Shown piece after piece: positions 19,274 through 27,650 of a stretch of 64,000 bases of DNA. Source of the stretch: an uncultured Candidatus Woesearchaeota archaeon (GTDB lineage: Archaea > Nanobdellota > Nanobdellia > Woesearchaeales > UBA10107); the NCBI GenBank assembly GCA_963835585.1, contig CAWIGF010000001.1:34184-98183 (forward strand), read 5' to 3'. The notes beneath the pieces are model-generated. The model was not told the origin of the DNA. It saw only the letters and a list, made by a program, of their open reading frames with translations, and searched no databases. Made by a program: the position numbers and the translations under genes. Every line of letters begins with the position of its first letter. Position 1 is the stretch's first letter.

Positions 19274-19705
19274 ATGGATCACATCGCAATAATGAAGAAG
19301 TCGTGGGGGCTTACCGAAAAGATTCTTTCCGGGAAAAAGAAAGTAGAATCTCGATGGTATAAATTCAAACATGCTCCTTGGGATAAAATCAAGAAGAATG
19401 AAACCATTTACTTTAAGGATTCTGGAGAGCCAATCACAATAAAGGCAAAAGTTGAAAAAGTCATCCAAATTCCAAACTTGACCAAGAATAAAGTCAATGA
19501 AATTTTATTGAGATATGGGGAAAATGATGGACTCACGCAAGATCAGCTTCCTAAATTCTTCGAGATTTTCAAGGACAAGAGATATTGCATGCTTATTTTC
19601 CTCAAGAATCCGCAAAAAATAAAGTTATTTACAATCAATAAGAAAGGGTATGGCATTATGAGCGCATGGATCTCAGTAGACAACATCAAAAAAATAATCA
19701 ATTAA
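19274..19705 (+). CDS. ASCH (PUA-like) domain protein
   Basis: N-terminal MKKSWGLTEKILSGKKKVESRW is typical of the ASCH fold. Confidence 0.6.
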   Translation: MDHIAIMKKSWGLTEKILSGKKKVESRWYKFKHAPWDKIKKNETIYFKDSGEPITIKAKVEKVIQIPNLTKNKVNEILLRYGENDGLTQDQLPKFFEIFKDKRYCMLIFLKNPQKIKLFTINKKGYGIMSAWISVDNIKKIIN

Positions 19706-22700
19706 TCTCTTTGTTCGCCCTTATCAGGAATTTTATCAACTCATCGGGCCATACTTTTGGTATTGCTCCCTTTAGAAGCTCATCAAGCCACTTCTTGAAT
19801 GAGATGTGGAATGCCTTCCTTTCTCCTGCAATCAATCTCCTGATTTCATAGACTATGTCTGCATCCAGCTTTACTTTTCTTGTGACCTCGTTCAATTGCT
19901 GGTTCAGGAAATCCTCTTCCCTGCTTATTTTCTTACTAGGAGTTATTCCAAGCCTTGTGAAAATGAAATTTCTCAGTTCTGGAGACCAGCTCTGCTCTAT
20001 TTCTTTCTGGTATCTTAGAATACCGCGCTTCAAATCATCTCTTGGTTCATATACTGGATCATCAATCATCCTGAACATCTCTTCCTTTGAATTTCCAGGA
20101 ACATGCTTTAGATATCTCACAGCCATCTTCAACTGACCTTCTTTGCTCTCCATCTCCCTTCTTCTCTTTTCCTCGACATTCTTCCAGAATTCGTTATAAT
20201 CTATTTTTTGCAGTTTTCCCTCCGGCTTTAATCCGCGCTTCATTTCTATTGAAGTTATGACCTGCTCGTGCATTCGTTTCAGGAATTCCATCCTGTCTTC
20301 AACTCGCAAAACATCCAGATAACCCTGCAAGACAAGCATGAACGAAAATGGAGATGGGACGTTTGTCGTTATCTCCTGTATCTTGACTTTCTTGTCGTGT
20401 ATCCATTGCAACACTAATTTCGCGTTATTTACATCCATCAAGTCTTCAAGAACTTCACGCCTTGCTTCTTTTAGGATTGGAAAATCTTCTGAAATCCTCT
20501 TAACTGCCTGCAACAATATCATCGAACTGACCTGCTGCCTTCCGACTCTTCTGCTTTTCCCCTTGTAAGTTCCCAATATCATTAATGCACGGGCTGCGCA
20601 ATGCCTAAATCTTCTCTTAAGAATCTCAGTTTTTTCCAATGCAGCCTTCATAAGCTCCTCAAACCTTTCTGATTTCAGCAATTCAAAAGCGCGGACAGCC
20701 TGTATGGGATGCATTGATGCTATGTAGAATCCATTATCAGAAATTCCAATCTCTACATCCCTGTGCTGTATCTTTGAAATCACGTACGCAACGGCCCTTG
20801 CCAGGCAGTCATTTACGCGCCTTCCGTACAAAGTATGAAACACCGCATATTTCTTTCCGCCTTCATCGTAATGTTCAATTAATAATTTACTTGAAGTTGG
20901 TATTATCGCAAATTCAAACTGCTCCTTGAAATATTCATAGATTGCTTCCGCGGCATTGTCATCTACGTACAAATAATCGTTGATGAACTTCAGAATCTCG
21001 TTCTTGGTCTCTTTTTTCGCGAAATGCTCCTGCATCAGTTTCCTGAACCTTCCTATCTCGTTTGCCAGATCAAAGCTTAACGGAAGGCTTTCGGAATACC
21101 AGCTTGGAACTGTTGGTCTTCTTCCAGTGGCAGCCACAACTCGCGCAACCATTCCTGATGCATTCCTGAACTCGTATGTATTTCCTCCCAACAGGAAAAC
21201 ATCTCCTGTTTTCAATTTCTCCAGAAATCCTTCATCAATGGAACCGACAACGATATCTCCAACTTTCACAGAGACTCCGGACTCGGAAGGTATCGTGCCT
21301 ATGTTTGTCATGTATATCACGCGCGCCATCATTCCTTTCTTTCCTATCATTTTTGTTTTAGGATCGTACCAAATCTTAGCATAGATGTGCCTGTCTTCCA
21401 ATGAGGCATATTCTCCAGCAAGATATGATATAATCTGGTCGAAATCTTCTCTTTTGAGATTTCTATAGCAGTAACTTGAGGTTATCATCTTGAAGAGATC
21501 TTCAACATTAATCATTTCCTCGAGAGCAATTCCGAATATCTGCTGGGCTAGAACATCAAGAGCATTTTCAGGAATATGCAGCCTGTCTATTTTCTTTTCC
21601 AACGCAGATTTCAACAACACAGAACATTCAACCAGATCATCCCTGTCCATGACGATTATCCTTCCCTTGGTTGTATCATGCAGACGATGTCCGGATCTTC
21701 CAATTCGCTGCAGGCATCTTGCAACAGATTTCGGGCTTCCCAATAAAATAACCAAATCTATGAAGCCTATATCTATTCCAAGTTCTAATGAGGTAGAACA
21801 GACTACACATTTTAATTTTCCTTCTCTTAAATTCGATTCCAGCTGGGTCCTGTGCTGTTTCGACAGAGAGCCGTGATGGGCCCCTATATTCTCAGAATAA
21901 TTCTTTGGAAATCTTGTCTTAAGATGATGGACAACACGCTCCGTGCCTGATCTTGTGTTAGTGAAGATAAGTGTTGTCTTGTGCTGCTGGATAAGTTTGT
22001 CGATTAACGTGTAGGTTTCGTTGCTTACGGTGTTGTAATCGGTTGAAATGAGATTTTTTACTGGGCTTATGACCTGCAAATCAAGTTTCTTTATGCTCGG
22101 AATATCTACAACTTCGCAGCTTCTTCCATTTCCTACCAGGAATTTCGCAACTTCATCCAAAGGTGCAACAGTAGCGGACAATCCTACGCGTGCCATGCTT
22201 GGGCTTAATCTCTGCAACCTTTCCATAGAGATGCTAAGATGAACGCCTCGCTTGTTCTCTGCCAATGCATGTATCTCATCCGCAATAAACCAATCGACGC
22301 GCTTGATGTGCTCTATAAATTTTATAGACGACAGCATTATTGCCAATGACTCAGGAGTTGTTATGAGTATGTGCGGAGAGTTTTTGAGCATCGCCGATTT
22401 TTCTGACTGCGTCGTGTCTCCTGTACGCACTGCGACTCGTATTCCGAATTTCTTTCCAGTCTGCTCTTCCATCTCATGCAACGGCTCAAGCAGATTTTTT
22501 TGGACGTCATTGTTCAGTGCCTTCAAAGGAGAAATGTAGACGACATAGACCTTGTCTTCCAATATTTTTTTTTCGCTGCAGTCTATCAGATGATTAAGAA
22601 TTGATAGAAAGGCCGTCAACGTCTTACCGGAACCGGTACTTGCAGAAACTAATATATTCTTCCTTGAATTTATGTCTATGATGGCAAGCTTTTGCGGATC

Positions 22701-22802
22701 CGAGAACGTCTTGAACTTGTTCCTGAACCAATTCGAAACGATAGGGTTCAATGTAGAGAAGATAGAATCATCTGTATCCGGCTTTTGCTTATATGTTATC
22801 AT
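19698..22802 (-). CDS. lhr: Lhr-like large ATP-dependent helicase (DEAD/DEAH superfamily 2)
   Basis: Walker A STGSGKT near the N-terminus, DExH box IADEIH, 1034 aa with long Lhr-type C-terminal extension. Confidence 0.8.
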   Translation of the reverse strand: MITYKQKPDTDDSIFSTLNPIVSNWFRNKFKTFSDPQKLAIIDINSRKNILVSASTGSGKTLTAFLSILNHLIDCSEKKILEDKVYVVYISPLKALNNDVQKNLLEPLHEMEEQTGKKFGIRVAVRTGDTTQSEKSAMLKNSPHILITTPESLAIMLSSIKFIEHIKRVDWFIADEIHALAENKRGVHLSISMERLQRLSPSMARVGLSATVAPLDEVAKFLVGNGRSCEVVDIPSIKKLDLQVISPVKNLISTDYNTVSNETYTLIDKLIQQHKTTLIFTNTRSGTERVVHHLKTRFPKNYSENIGAHHGSLSKQHRTQLESNLREGKLKCVVCSTSLELGIDIGFIDLVILLGSPKSVARCLQRIGRSGHRLHDTTKGRIIVMDRDDLVECSVLLKSALEKKIDRLHIPENALDVLAQQIFGIALEEMINVEDLFKMITSSYCYRNLKREDFDQIISYLAGEYASLEDRHIYAKIWYDPKTKMIGKKGMMARVIYMTNIGTIPSESGVSVKVGDIVVGSIDEGFLEKLKTGDVFLLGGNTYEFRNASGMVARVVAATGRRPTVPSWYSESLPLSFDLANEIGRFRKLMQEHFAKKETKNEILKFINDYLYVDDNAAEAIYEYFKEQFEFAIIPTSSKLLIEHYDEGGKKYAVFHTLYGRRVNDCLARAVAYVISKIQHRDVEIGISDNGFYIASMHPIQAVRAFELLKSERFEELMKAALEKTEILKRRFRHCAARALMILGTYKGKSRRVGRQQVSSMILLQAVKRISEDFPILKEARREVLEDLMDVNNAKLVLQWIHDKKVKIQEITTNVPSPFSFMLVLQGYLDVLRVEDRMEFLKRMHEQVITSIEMKRGLKPEGKLQKIDYNEFWKNVEEKRRREMESKEGQLKMAVRYLKHVPGNSKEEMFRMIDDPVYEPRDDLKRGILRYQKEIEQSWSPELRNFIFTRLGITPSKKISREEDFLNQQLNEVTRKVKLDADIVYEIRRLIAGERKAFHISFKKWLDELLKGAIPKVWPDELIKFLIRANKEIN

Positions 22803-22863
22803 TCAAGTACGCTAATGACAGTAAAAACTAATTAAGAAGTAATATATAAGGATTGTGACGGGA

Positions 22864-23184
22864 TTATTGGCCTTCTAGATTTTTCTGAACAATGGCAACT
22901 AGTTCTCTTGCCATGATGCAGTCATCAAATAAATATTCATGTCCAAGTTGTTCTTCAATCGTTTTTGGATCGACACCGACTCTCCTTATTGCACCATAAA
23001 CGCTGTTTTTTGTACTTTCTCCAGGAGCATAAACTCCGGAACCATGCCTGCCGCCATCAGTAAATATGCAATTAAGACACTGACTTTCAATAGCTTGACG
23101 TGAACCGGCGTTTTGATAAATTAAAGCCAATTCTCTCTGAAATTCACTAATTTTCTGTTCTATTGTTTTTTGTTCGTTTGTCAT
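22864..23184 (-). CDS. Small Cys-containing protein (MTNE/CLNC family, paralog A); last gene of the 11-gene operon
   Basis: 106 aa. Starts MTNE and carries CLNC and a later Cys, as does the adjacent paralog. Confidence 0.5.
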   Translation of the reverse strand: MTNEQKTIEQKISEFQRELALIYQNAGSRQAIESQCLNCIFTDGGRHGSGVYAPGESTKNSVYGAIRRVGVDPKTIEEQLGHEYLFDDCIMARELVAIVQKNLEGQ

Positions 23185-23185
23185 T

Positions 23186-23503
23186 TTATTCTCCTTGCAC
23201 TTTTTTCAAAAGTCCTTTTTTGTTTAAAATGTCTGCAACAACATAAAATAAATCATCTTTACCAATACATCCAGAAAGGTTGTTTGTTCCAAACCGCGCA
23301 TCTAATCTGTACGAATTTATTTCTTCTCTCGTTACACCGAGATTATTCAGCTCTATCAATACACCAAAGTATTCTTCTCTATTTTGAAGTCTGCGTTCTT
23401 CACTTACACAATTAAGACAAAAATCAGTATAATCTGTCGCCCTAATCAACCCCTCTAATTGCTCTCTTACTTCTTTTCTGTCCATGTATTTTTCGTTTGT
23501 CAT
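23186..23503 (-). CDS. Small Cys-containing protein (MTNE/CLNC family, paralog B)
   Basis: 105 aa. Same N-terminus and same Cys spacing as 22864..23184. Confidence 0.5.
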   Translation of the reverse strand: MTNEKYMDRKEVREQLEGLIRATDYTDFCLNCVSEERRLQNREEYFGVLIELNNLGVTREEINSYRLDARFGTNNLSGCIGKDDLFYVVADILNKKGLLKKVQGE

Positions 23504-24234
23504 TTTTCATCACTTTTTTGTTTTATTTGATACAAAGAAAAATCTCCTAACTGAAGACCTTTGTCTGATTTTATTCTCTTTTCTTTAACAATTACCAATC
23601 CATATTTATCAACGTGTGTTGCAGGGTCATTTTCTTTTCCAGCGAAATGAAAGTACGGAGTAATATATATGCTATCTTCATCAGCAAAATGAGTTCTTAG
23701 TTCTTTGAGAAATTGTTTGAGCGTATTCGTTCCGCCAAGCATACTTTTTCTCAACATTTCGTCCTTGAAAATACTTTTTCCAAAATTTTTGGCCTCTTCA
23801 GGGAAGAATGGATGATTAAAAACAATTATGTCATATTTTCCTTGAATATTTTCAAATAAATTACTCTTGTATGTCTTGCAGATCTTACTCAAATTATGTC
23901 TTCGTATGTTTTCTTGCGTATTTTTGATTGCGTTTGGATTTATATCGCTAAAATCAACATATTTTGCACCATATATAGCCATAACAAGCCCCTGAGTTCC
24001 AGCACCGCATCCAACATCAAGACATGTTTTTCCCAGATACAAATCTTTATTTTCATATAAATATTGCGCAAGAAGAACTCCTGAACTCATAATATCCGAG
24101 GCAAAAACGCCGCGTTCAATAATTAAATCAAGATCTGGATTTTTATCAAGCACAATTTTGCAGGTAGTAGTAGATCTATTATGCCTCTCTAGTTGTATCG
24201 CAACTTGTTTTTTCTGCGCTTCAGTTAATTTCAT
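23500..24234 (-). CDS. SAM-dependent methyltransferase, small-domain (MTS) type with NHPF motif (RsmC/HemK-like)
   Basis: Motif I LDVGCGAGTQG. Motif IV IIVFNHPFF (NPPY-like). 4-nt overlaps with both neighbours. Confidence 0.7.
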   Translation of the reverse strand: MKLTEAQKKQVAIQLERHNRSTTTCKIVLDKNPDLDLIIERGVFASDIMSSGVLLAQYLYENKDLYLGKTCLDVGCGAGTQGLVMAIYGAKYVDFSDINPNAIKNTQENIRRHNLSKICKTYKSNLFENIQGKYDIIVFNHPFFPEEAKNFGKSIFKDEMLRKSMLGGTNTLKQFLKELRTHFADEDSIYITPYFHFAGKENDPATHVDKYGLVIVKEKRIKSDKGLQLGDFSLYQIKQKSDEK

Positions 24235-24605
24235 TTTACCTTCTCCTTTTTTCTCATACGCTTCATCAGTATTCTCGCAATTTTACGTCTCTCTAGTTCT
24301 TTGACAACAAAATCAGCCAATTTATCTCCTTCTAAGATAGCGATTGGTTTCTCATTTCTGTGATAAGCATTTGCATCAACATATGCTTCAAGTTTATCGA
24401 GTTTATCTCCTGTTTTGACATCTGATTCTTTTATGTACCCTTGTCTAATGTGTTCTTCACTAAGACACCATGCATCCTCGTTCTTAATAACGGGAATCAT
24501 AGCATCTTCAGGAGAATCGGCTTTAATGAATCCCTTCAAAAGATTTTGATATGCACCAATACAACCATAAGTTCGTATTCTTTCAACGACAAAATATTCA
24601 TTCAT
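24231..24605 (-). CDS. Hypothetical protein with basic C-terminal tail
   Basis: 124 aa. ATGA overlap with the upstream gene. C-terminal KRMRKKEKVK. Confidence 0.45.
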   Translation of the reverse strand: MNEYFVVERIRTYGCIGAYQNLLKGFIKADSPEDAMIPVIKNEDAWCLSEEHIRQGYIKESDVKTGDKLDKLEAYVDANAYHRNEKPIAILEGDKLADFVVKELERRKIARILMKRMRKKEKVK

Positions 24606-24913
24606 TTTTGTGCTTCCTTTTCGTTTTTCCCGAAATCAAGGTAATCCTTATTTATTCTTTTTTCTAACTCATCATACCAGAAACATTTCCCGACCTGTAT
24701 TTTATTTATTGGAAATTTACGTTTGAGCTCATTCAGCGAATCGTATAATATATGGAGACAGATAGTGTTTTTTTCATTTCTGTCTTTCTCCATATTGCAC
24801 ATATCTTCCAGAGAAATACTGATCGAGGCGCATATCCTCAGAATTTCCTCTACTTGCCTTTTTGTATAAATTGGTTCGGTTGAAAATGTGAACCTCATTT
24901 TATTTCCCCTCAT
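24602..24913 (-). CDS. Hypothetical protein
   Basis: 103 aa. Overlapping start and stop codons within the operon. Confidence 0.45.
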   Translation of the reverse strand: MRGNKMRFTFSTEPIYTKRQVEEILRICASISISLEDMCNMEKDRNEKNTICLHILYDSLNELKRKFPINKIQVGKCFWYDELEKRINKDYLDFGKNEKEAQK

Positions 24914-25283
24914 TCTTCAAGATATAGTCAAGCGTTACATACTTGTCTGGACTGTCCATAAATTTATCATCACCAATCGATACGTTTACATCGCCACGTT
25001 TCAAATCAAGATAATGTCTTTCCACTCCATTTCCGGAAAACACTTGATGATTTCCAAAACAGTAATACCCAGTACGTTGTCTGAATTCATTTTCTATGAA
25101 TTCGGAAATGTCACTTGGAGTTTTATCTTTAAATTTGAAATTAACAGAAAATTTATGATAATTGACATTTATTTTTGTTTCAGGTTTCAGTTCGGACAAT
25201 ATGCTTTGAACCTCTGAAAAATCAATTTTTTCATCAAACACTTTCTTTCTTTTATCAATCCAATTTGAAATTGTTCGCATCAT
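24900..25283 (-). CDS. Hypothetical protein
   Basis: 127 aa. Overlaps neighbours. Confidence 0.45.
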   Translation of the reverse strand: MMRTISNWIDKRKKVFDEKIDFSEVQSILSELKPETKINVNYHKFSVNFKFKDKTPSDISEFIENEFRQRTGYYCFGNHQVFSGNGVERHYLDLKRGDVNVSIGDDKFMDSPDKYVTLDYILKNEGK

Positions 25284-25591
25284 TTTCTTTCTCCAAATCG
25301 AGTTGGCAATTGCTGCCCGTTCGTTTCGACATCAAATGCGCTACTCATTCCTTCGTAATTTCCTTGTTTGTCATAGATTATTTTCTGCGTTCCTTTTCCA
25401 AACCTAGTCAATGCAACATAATAATCTCCTTCGCGTACTTGTGCAAAATCAAAATGATTGCTATTGCAGTAGTTCCTCAACATATCCAAATTATGCAGTA
25501 TTCCTTTAGGAAAACCAAGAGGCACAATTATTATTTCACTGAATTCTGCTTTTTGCTTTGCCTCTTTTGCGAGTTCCTCAAGGTTTTTCAT
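25280..25591 (-). CDS. Hypothetical protein
   Basis: 103 aa. ATGA overlap. Confidence 0.45.
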   Translation of the reverse strand: MKNLEELAKEAKQKAEFSEIIIVPLGFPKGILHNLDMLRNYCNSNHFDFAQVREGDYYVALTRFGKGTQKIIYDKQGNYEGMSSAFDVETNGQQLPTRFGERK

Positions 25592-25606
25592 TTTTGTTCA
25601 CTTCAT

Positions 25607-25750
25607 TTATCTTCTGATGTTTCTATAAGCAAAAACTTTATTTTGAACGGGAAGATAGTTTTGCCTTACTGTTCTGTACTTATCTTGCGGTTTCTCGTAA
25701 TTTTTTACAATTTCCGTAAGTGGTTTTTGCAATGTTTCCTTTGTTTCCAT
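25607..25750 (-). CDS. Small ORF (47 aa) within the operon, not in the ORF track
   Basis: Translation: METKETLQKPLTEIVKNYEKPQDKYRTVRQNYLPVQNKVFAYRNIRR. GGAGAAAC sits 4 nt upstream of the ATG. Fills the only gap in the operon. Confidence 0.35.
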   Translation of the reverse strand: METKETLQKPLTEIVKNYEKPQDKYRTVRQNYLPVQNKVFAYRNIRR

Positions 25751-25770
25751 TTTGTTTCTCCGCTAAACAC

Positions 25771-26010
25771 TCATTGATTAGATTTGAAAAGTTCGCTTAC
25801 TTTCTTAGTGAGATCGACTACGTTCACTCCGAATTCTTCTCTTTCTTCTTTTGACAGAGAATCATATTGCGGCATGTATTCCCCAAAAAACTGAAATGCC
25901 ATGCTTCTTACATAAACGCGATGTGTATTGAAGTATTCTCCTGCACTGATTCTTTTATCTAAGTCAACAAATTTCTCGCGAAGTTGCTGTGGTGTTAATT
26001 TATCGCTCAT
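25771..26010 (-). CDS. Hypothetical protein
   Basis: 79 aa. GGAGG 6 nt upstream of the start. Confidence 0.45.
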   Translation of the reverse strand: MSDKLTPQQLREKFVDLDKRISAGEYFNTHRVYVRSMAFQFFGEYMPQYDSLSKEEREEFGVNVVDLTKKVSELFKSNQ

Positions 26011-26020
26011 CTTTTCCTCC

Positions 26021-26629
26021 TCAGAACCTCGCCATTATCGATGGACCTATGTTGCATTTAGGTTTTGTTCCATCTGCGAAGTTTATGTCCAATCCCATAG
26101 ATAGTGTATATTTTCCGATATCCACTCCAACTCTGTTCTTGGATACTCCAGATTTGTTTCCGTTGTTTGCAATATTAATCAAGGATGAATCTGATATGTC
26201 AAGTTTAACATCGCCAATCTTTGGCTTGTAAACTATCATTGGATCTATCTCTACTACGTCATGCGTGCTTGCTGTTGCCTGCACATATCCGTAGAGATTT
26301 CCTTCTGTTTGCTGTGCGAAAACTCCAAGTCTTGGAAGAATTCCAAATGCTGTTGGTGCTTGAAGTTCAAGTGTAGGACCCAAGTCCTTTCCATACATGA
26401 CATCAAAGCAGTAGGCATAGCTATCGTTGAGATTTCCTTTATAGTCAAAGACTGGCTTTGCCTCAGTCAAGAGAAGTATGTCCTCAATCTTGTTGTTTGT
26501 CTTCAAATCGATAAAAGCAGTATTGTTTCCAGTAAGTACTTCTATCGAGTTTCCTGCGTACACAGGAGTCGCTATCATCACCAATCCGAATAATGTATTT
26601 TTTATTGTGTTTTTCATTTTGTCCCCCAT
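26021..26629 (-). CDS. Secreted beta-rich hypothetical protein; first gene of the operon
   Basis: Signal peptide LFGLVMIATPVYAGNS. TATA-like tttaatattta upstream. Confidence 0.5.
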   Translation of the reverse strand: MGDKMKNTIKNTLFGLVMIATPVYAGNSIEVLTGNNTAFIDLKTNNKIEDILLLTEAKPVFDYKGNLNDSYAYCFDVMYGKDLGPTLELQAPTAFGILPRLGVFAQQTEGNLYGYVQATASTHDVVEIDPMIVYKPKIGDVKLDISDSSLINIANNGNKSGVSKNRVGVDIGKYTLSMGLDINFADGTKPKCNIGPSIMARF

Positions 26630-26678
26630 TAGTTACTATTTTCAAGTAGAGAATTAATCAGTTTAATATTTATCTGAT

Positions 26679-27650
26679 ATGAATGATATTAATAATATCA
26701 ATTTCAATAAATTTATATATAAACAAACCATAAAAACAGCCATGGAAAGAAAGCTAATCAAACAAGGGCTTGGAGGCTATACTATCTACCTGCCAAAGGA
26801 ATGGGTCACAAAAAAAGGCCTTAAAGGAGGAGACAAAGTTACAATAGACGAGACAGATACCACTTTGACAATAGGCAGCCAGGTGAAAGGAAAGAAGGAA
26901 CTGACCATAAACATAGACAACCAAAACAGAAAGAACGTGAGAAACCTGCTCACTCATGCATACAGGAGAGGATTTGACAAGATTCGCTTGACGAACATAG
27001 ACCCAGGTGTTTTGAAGGAAGCTCAATTTGCCGCGCAGAATCTACTTCTTGGCATGGAAGTCACGGAACATACAGATAAATCATGCACGCTCGAGAATAT
27101 ATCTGAACCGACCGAAGAGAAATATGAAGTCATGTTGAGGAGAATATTCCTGATAATAAAAGAGATGCAGAATATCACCATAAACGATTTCGCAAATTAT
27201 TCTTTCATTCATATCAACGAAATCGAGACATTGCGAGACCAGGAAGACAGATATATCTTATTCTGCAGGAGAATCCTTACAAAAGAGAAGATAGAAAGAA
27301 AATCCATCCTGGAGTGGGAACTATTCACATTCCTTATGCACATAAGCCATTCGACGTATTATCTGTATAAATATGTTGCAGAGAATAAAATAGAGAAGGA
27401 TCCTTCTCTGGCAATAGTGAATGATATCACAAAATACTTCGACATGTTCTATAATGCTTATTTCAACAAGGACATCAAGTTAATTCATGACATAAACAGG
27501 ACAAGAGATGAATATTACTTGAAAAAACTGCCAAAACTGATAGAAAACGGAAAAAATGCTATGATTTATGCATCAATTAGAGAGATATTCAGGTTGATTC
27601 AGATTGGAACGAGCCCGATTCTCGCTGAAATAATTGAGACATCATTTTGA
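26679..27650 (+). CDS. AbrB/SpoVT-domain transcriptional regulator fused to a PhoU-like helical domain
   Basis: Swapped-hairpin motif LIKQGLGGYTIYLPKEWVTKKGLKGGDKVTI followed by about 230 aa of helices. Divergent from the operon. Confidence 0.5.
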   Translation: MNDINNINFNKFIYKQTIKTAMERKLIKQGLGGYTIYLPKEWVTKKGLKGGDKVTIDETDTTLTIGSQVKGKKELTINIDNQNRKNVRNLLTHAYRRGFDKIRLTNIDPGVLKEAQFAAQNLLLGMEVTEHTDKSCTLENISEPTEEKYEVMLRRIFLIIKEMQNITINDFANYSFIHINEIETLRDQEDRYILFCRRILTKEKIERKSILEWELFTFLMHISHSTYYLYKYVAENKIEKDPSLAIVNDITKYFDMFYNAYFNKDIKLIHDINRTRDEYYLKKLPKLIENGKNAMIYASIREIFRLIQIGTSPILAEIIETSF

